A DNA stretch of 64,000 bases from the NCBI GenBank assembly GCA_012026655.1, contig JAAILG010000686.1, forward strand, positions 1 through 64,000, read 5' to 3'. This DNA comes from Hydrolagus affinis. Taxonomy: Eukaryota. Both the position numbers and the translations under genes were made by a program. The notes under the pieces are model-generated. The model was not told the origin of the DNA. It searched no databases and worked only from the letters and a program-made list of their open reading frames with translations. Positions 62,040 to 64,000 of this stretch are shown piece by piece. Within the stretch, counting starts at the first letter, position 1; every line of letters begins with the position of its first letter.

Positions 62040-62602
62040 CGTATAGTGTATTGGTTAGAGCATTCGCCCCGCAAGTGAAGAACCTGGGCAGTGAATCAAA
62101 CCCGGGTATCACCTTAGGCAAGATTCCATACTCCACATGTATCTTTTTATCTATCAGTAAGTAACAACCCGGTTGCTAGTCAATTGGTAGATTAGTTTCT
62201 GGGGGTAATAATCACTTCAACTATATACAGTAAACGCCCGTTTATCCGGTACCCTCGGGACCTGTCCAATGCCAGTTAAAGCGTGTGCTGGATATTCGGC
62301 CAAAACCCCCCTCCCCCCCTCCTGCCCCCAAATTTTTTTAATGCATTTTTCTGGATAAATTCCGGTTATTCGAATGTGGACCTTTTTTTTGCGATGCCGG
62401 TTATACCGAAGTTATGGTTGATTGGGTGCCGGATATACGGCTTTTACTGTATATATATATATTTGATCTGGTTACTCAATCCACGATTATTTGTGGGACA
62501 CTTCTGTGTGTAATTGACTGTCCCATTTTGCCCACATCACTTTGTGAAGTGGTTTGTAATGTCTCAACATGATAAGGCACTATATCAAATGCAAGGATTA
62601 TT
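62040..62602 (+). mobile_element. tRNA-derived SINE interrupted by a MITE
   Basis: tRNA-like head (TAGTGTATTGGTTAGAGCATTCGCC); body matches 59205-59435 and the reverse complement of 30365-30590; tail GATAAGGCACTATATCAAATGCAAGGATTATT. Confidence 0.7.
62228..62449. mobile_element. Short copy of the 24682-25441 MITE family, opposite orientation
   Basis: TA|CAGTAAACGCCCGTTTATCCGG ... CCGGATATACGGCTTTTACTG|TA; shares ACCCTCGGGACCTG and GGATAAATTCCGG with the reverse complement of the long copy. Confidence 0.82.
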
Positions 62603-64000
62603 GTTTAGAATCTCTGCACTGTGCTGCTACTATATCGATGGAACCTGTAATTCAATAGATGGCAACAATTCTCCTATAATGATCAAATTGCAGACAATCT
62701 CAGAAACCACTTCCAATCTCTGAGCAGGCATCTGCTAGTAGCAAATTACATGTTAGCTACCCAGATGATATTAGTCATCCCAAACTTAATTTTTCTATAT
62801 ATATATCACATTTTAATTAATGGTTTAGTAAAGGCATTCAGATGCCAATGTTTGACATATGAACGTCTCACAGTATTAATTATCCTCCAGTATTTGATAT
62901 CACTTAGAGAGGAGGCAACTTATTTTCACATTAATTAGATGGTGGTGGAGGTTCAGTCAGTGACCCACTTGTCTGTTTATTGCTGTTTCAAACCACTTTG
63001 TTAGTCATGCTTTCAGATTCTAAATTGAACTACATGTATTTGGTGCTTGCTGATGTAAAAAACTATGTCAGTTTCTTCAGTAAGAGCACAAATAATCTTG
63101 GATCCCAAGACTAAGCATACCTTGATCACAGTTCCCAATGCCAAGCCCAGATTGATGACTGATAAATGCCTGGGCAAAGACGCATCCTTGGTCCAAGGCT
63201 CAAAAATGGTCTGATCGCAGGGTGTAGCTTAATGCCAGATCCCAGCATCTGTGACTAGATGTACAATGTGTAGGATCTCAGGATCAGGGATAAACTGATC
63301 TGGAGTCCCAGGGATAGCGTGACCAGATCTGAGTTGTCATTTGATCCCAGAATTCTTGCAGGTCATTTCCTGGTGATTCTTTGGATAAAAGCACCAAATA
63401 GAGTGAAAGGATCAGAGGACACCAGGAAAATCACAGCTGTGAGTGGAGTTTGTGTACTTCTGCCAGGCAGGCATTAAGGCAATTACACTCCATCTTGATG
63501 TTCCCGGGCCAGGGAGGTGTCAGGTCACTCCGTTTTCCGCTTCTGAATATTATCTTGTGACCCTTTCTTAGAAAATAAGATTGGTAAAAACTAGGAATGG
63601 GAAATAGAGGATAGAAATAAAAAGGCATTTTACACAGAAGGTGCAGTGAAGTGAAGCGGTAAGGGGGAAGGTGAAAATGCTCCCACTGGAAGTGGGGTGG
63701 AGGGGGGAAGGGAAGAAGAGCAGTGTGGTTAGTCCTTGACACAGGCTACACCACTTCAGAATCTTTTCTACAGGGCTCGTTTGTGAAGATGCTGGCATCC
63801 AGCTCTGCGAGATATTCTGGGGAGTCAGTTTATTTCAGCGTGTGTGTGGATTTCCCGTAAGCAGAGCCAGCCATTGGAAGATGCCATCTTCAGATCATCG
63901 ACTGACGGAAGCCCTTCCTATTAGAGCTGAGCAGTTACCCTGGTAACGACTCCAGAGATGCAACTCGAAGCACGTCTTGGAAAGCAAATGAGCTTTGCTT

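Noticed and set aside
62040-62110. tRNA-like sequence
   Set aside because: Degenerate SINE head; I could not build a complete cloverleaf.
1-64000. CRISPR array, operon or other prokaryotic system
   Set aside because: The sequence is a spliced vertebrate gene; the recurring motifs are irregularly spaced retroposon tails, not repeat-spacer arrays.

Overview
Eukaryotic (vertebrate) genomic DNA. The repeat content (DeuSINE-like SINEs, L2/CR1 LINE fragments, Tigger-like MITEs) suggests a cartilaginous fish, but that is an inference. The window is almost entirely one + strand gene, PPIP5K1 (diphosphoinositol pentakisphosphate kinase 1: ATP-grasp kinase domain, histidine acid phosphatase-like domain, disordered C-terminal tail). 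I traced 31 GT-AG coding exons from ATG 256 to TAG 54725. With all exons included they splice in frame to 4506 nt (1501 aa), followed by a probable ~4 kb 3' UTR. Introns hold many short retroposon 3' tails, several SINEs, three TIR-bounded MITEs and a 100-N gap. The most notable observations are: (1) the last codons and stop codon are supplied by an antisense retroposon tail; (2) an extra exon matches the PPIP5K2 poly-Arg NLS region; (3) a 57-nt/19-aa coding tandem repeat lies in the last exon; (4) two candidate nested antisense ORFs occur in introns, one resembling a secreted propeptide. Homology calls come from recalled sequences; no searches were run. Repeat boundaries are approximate.
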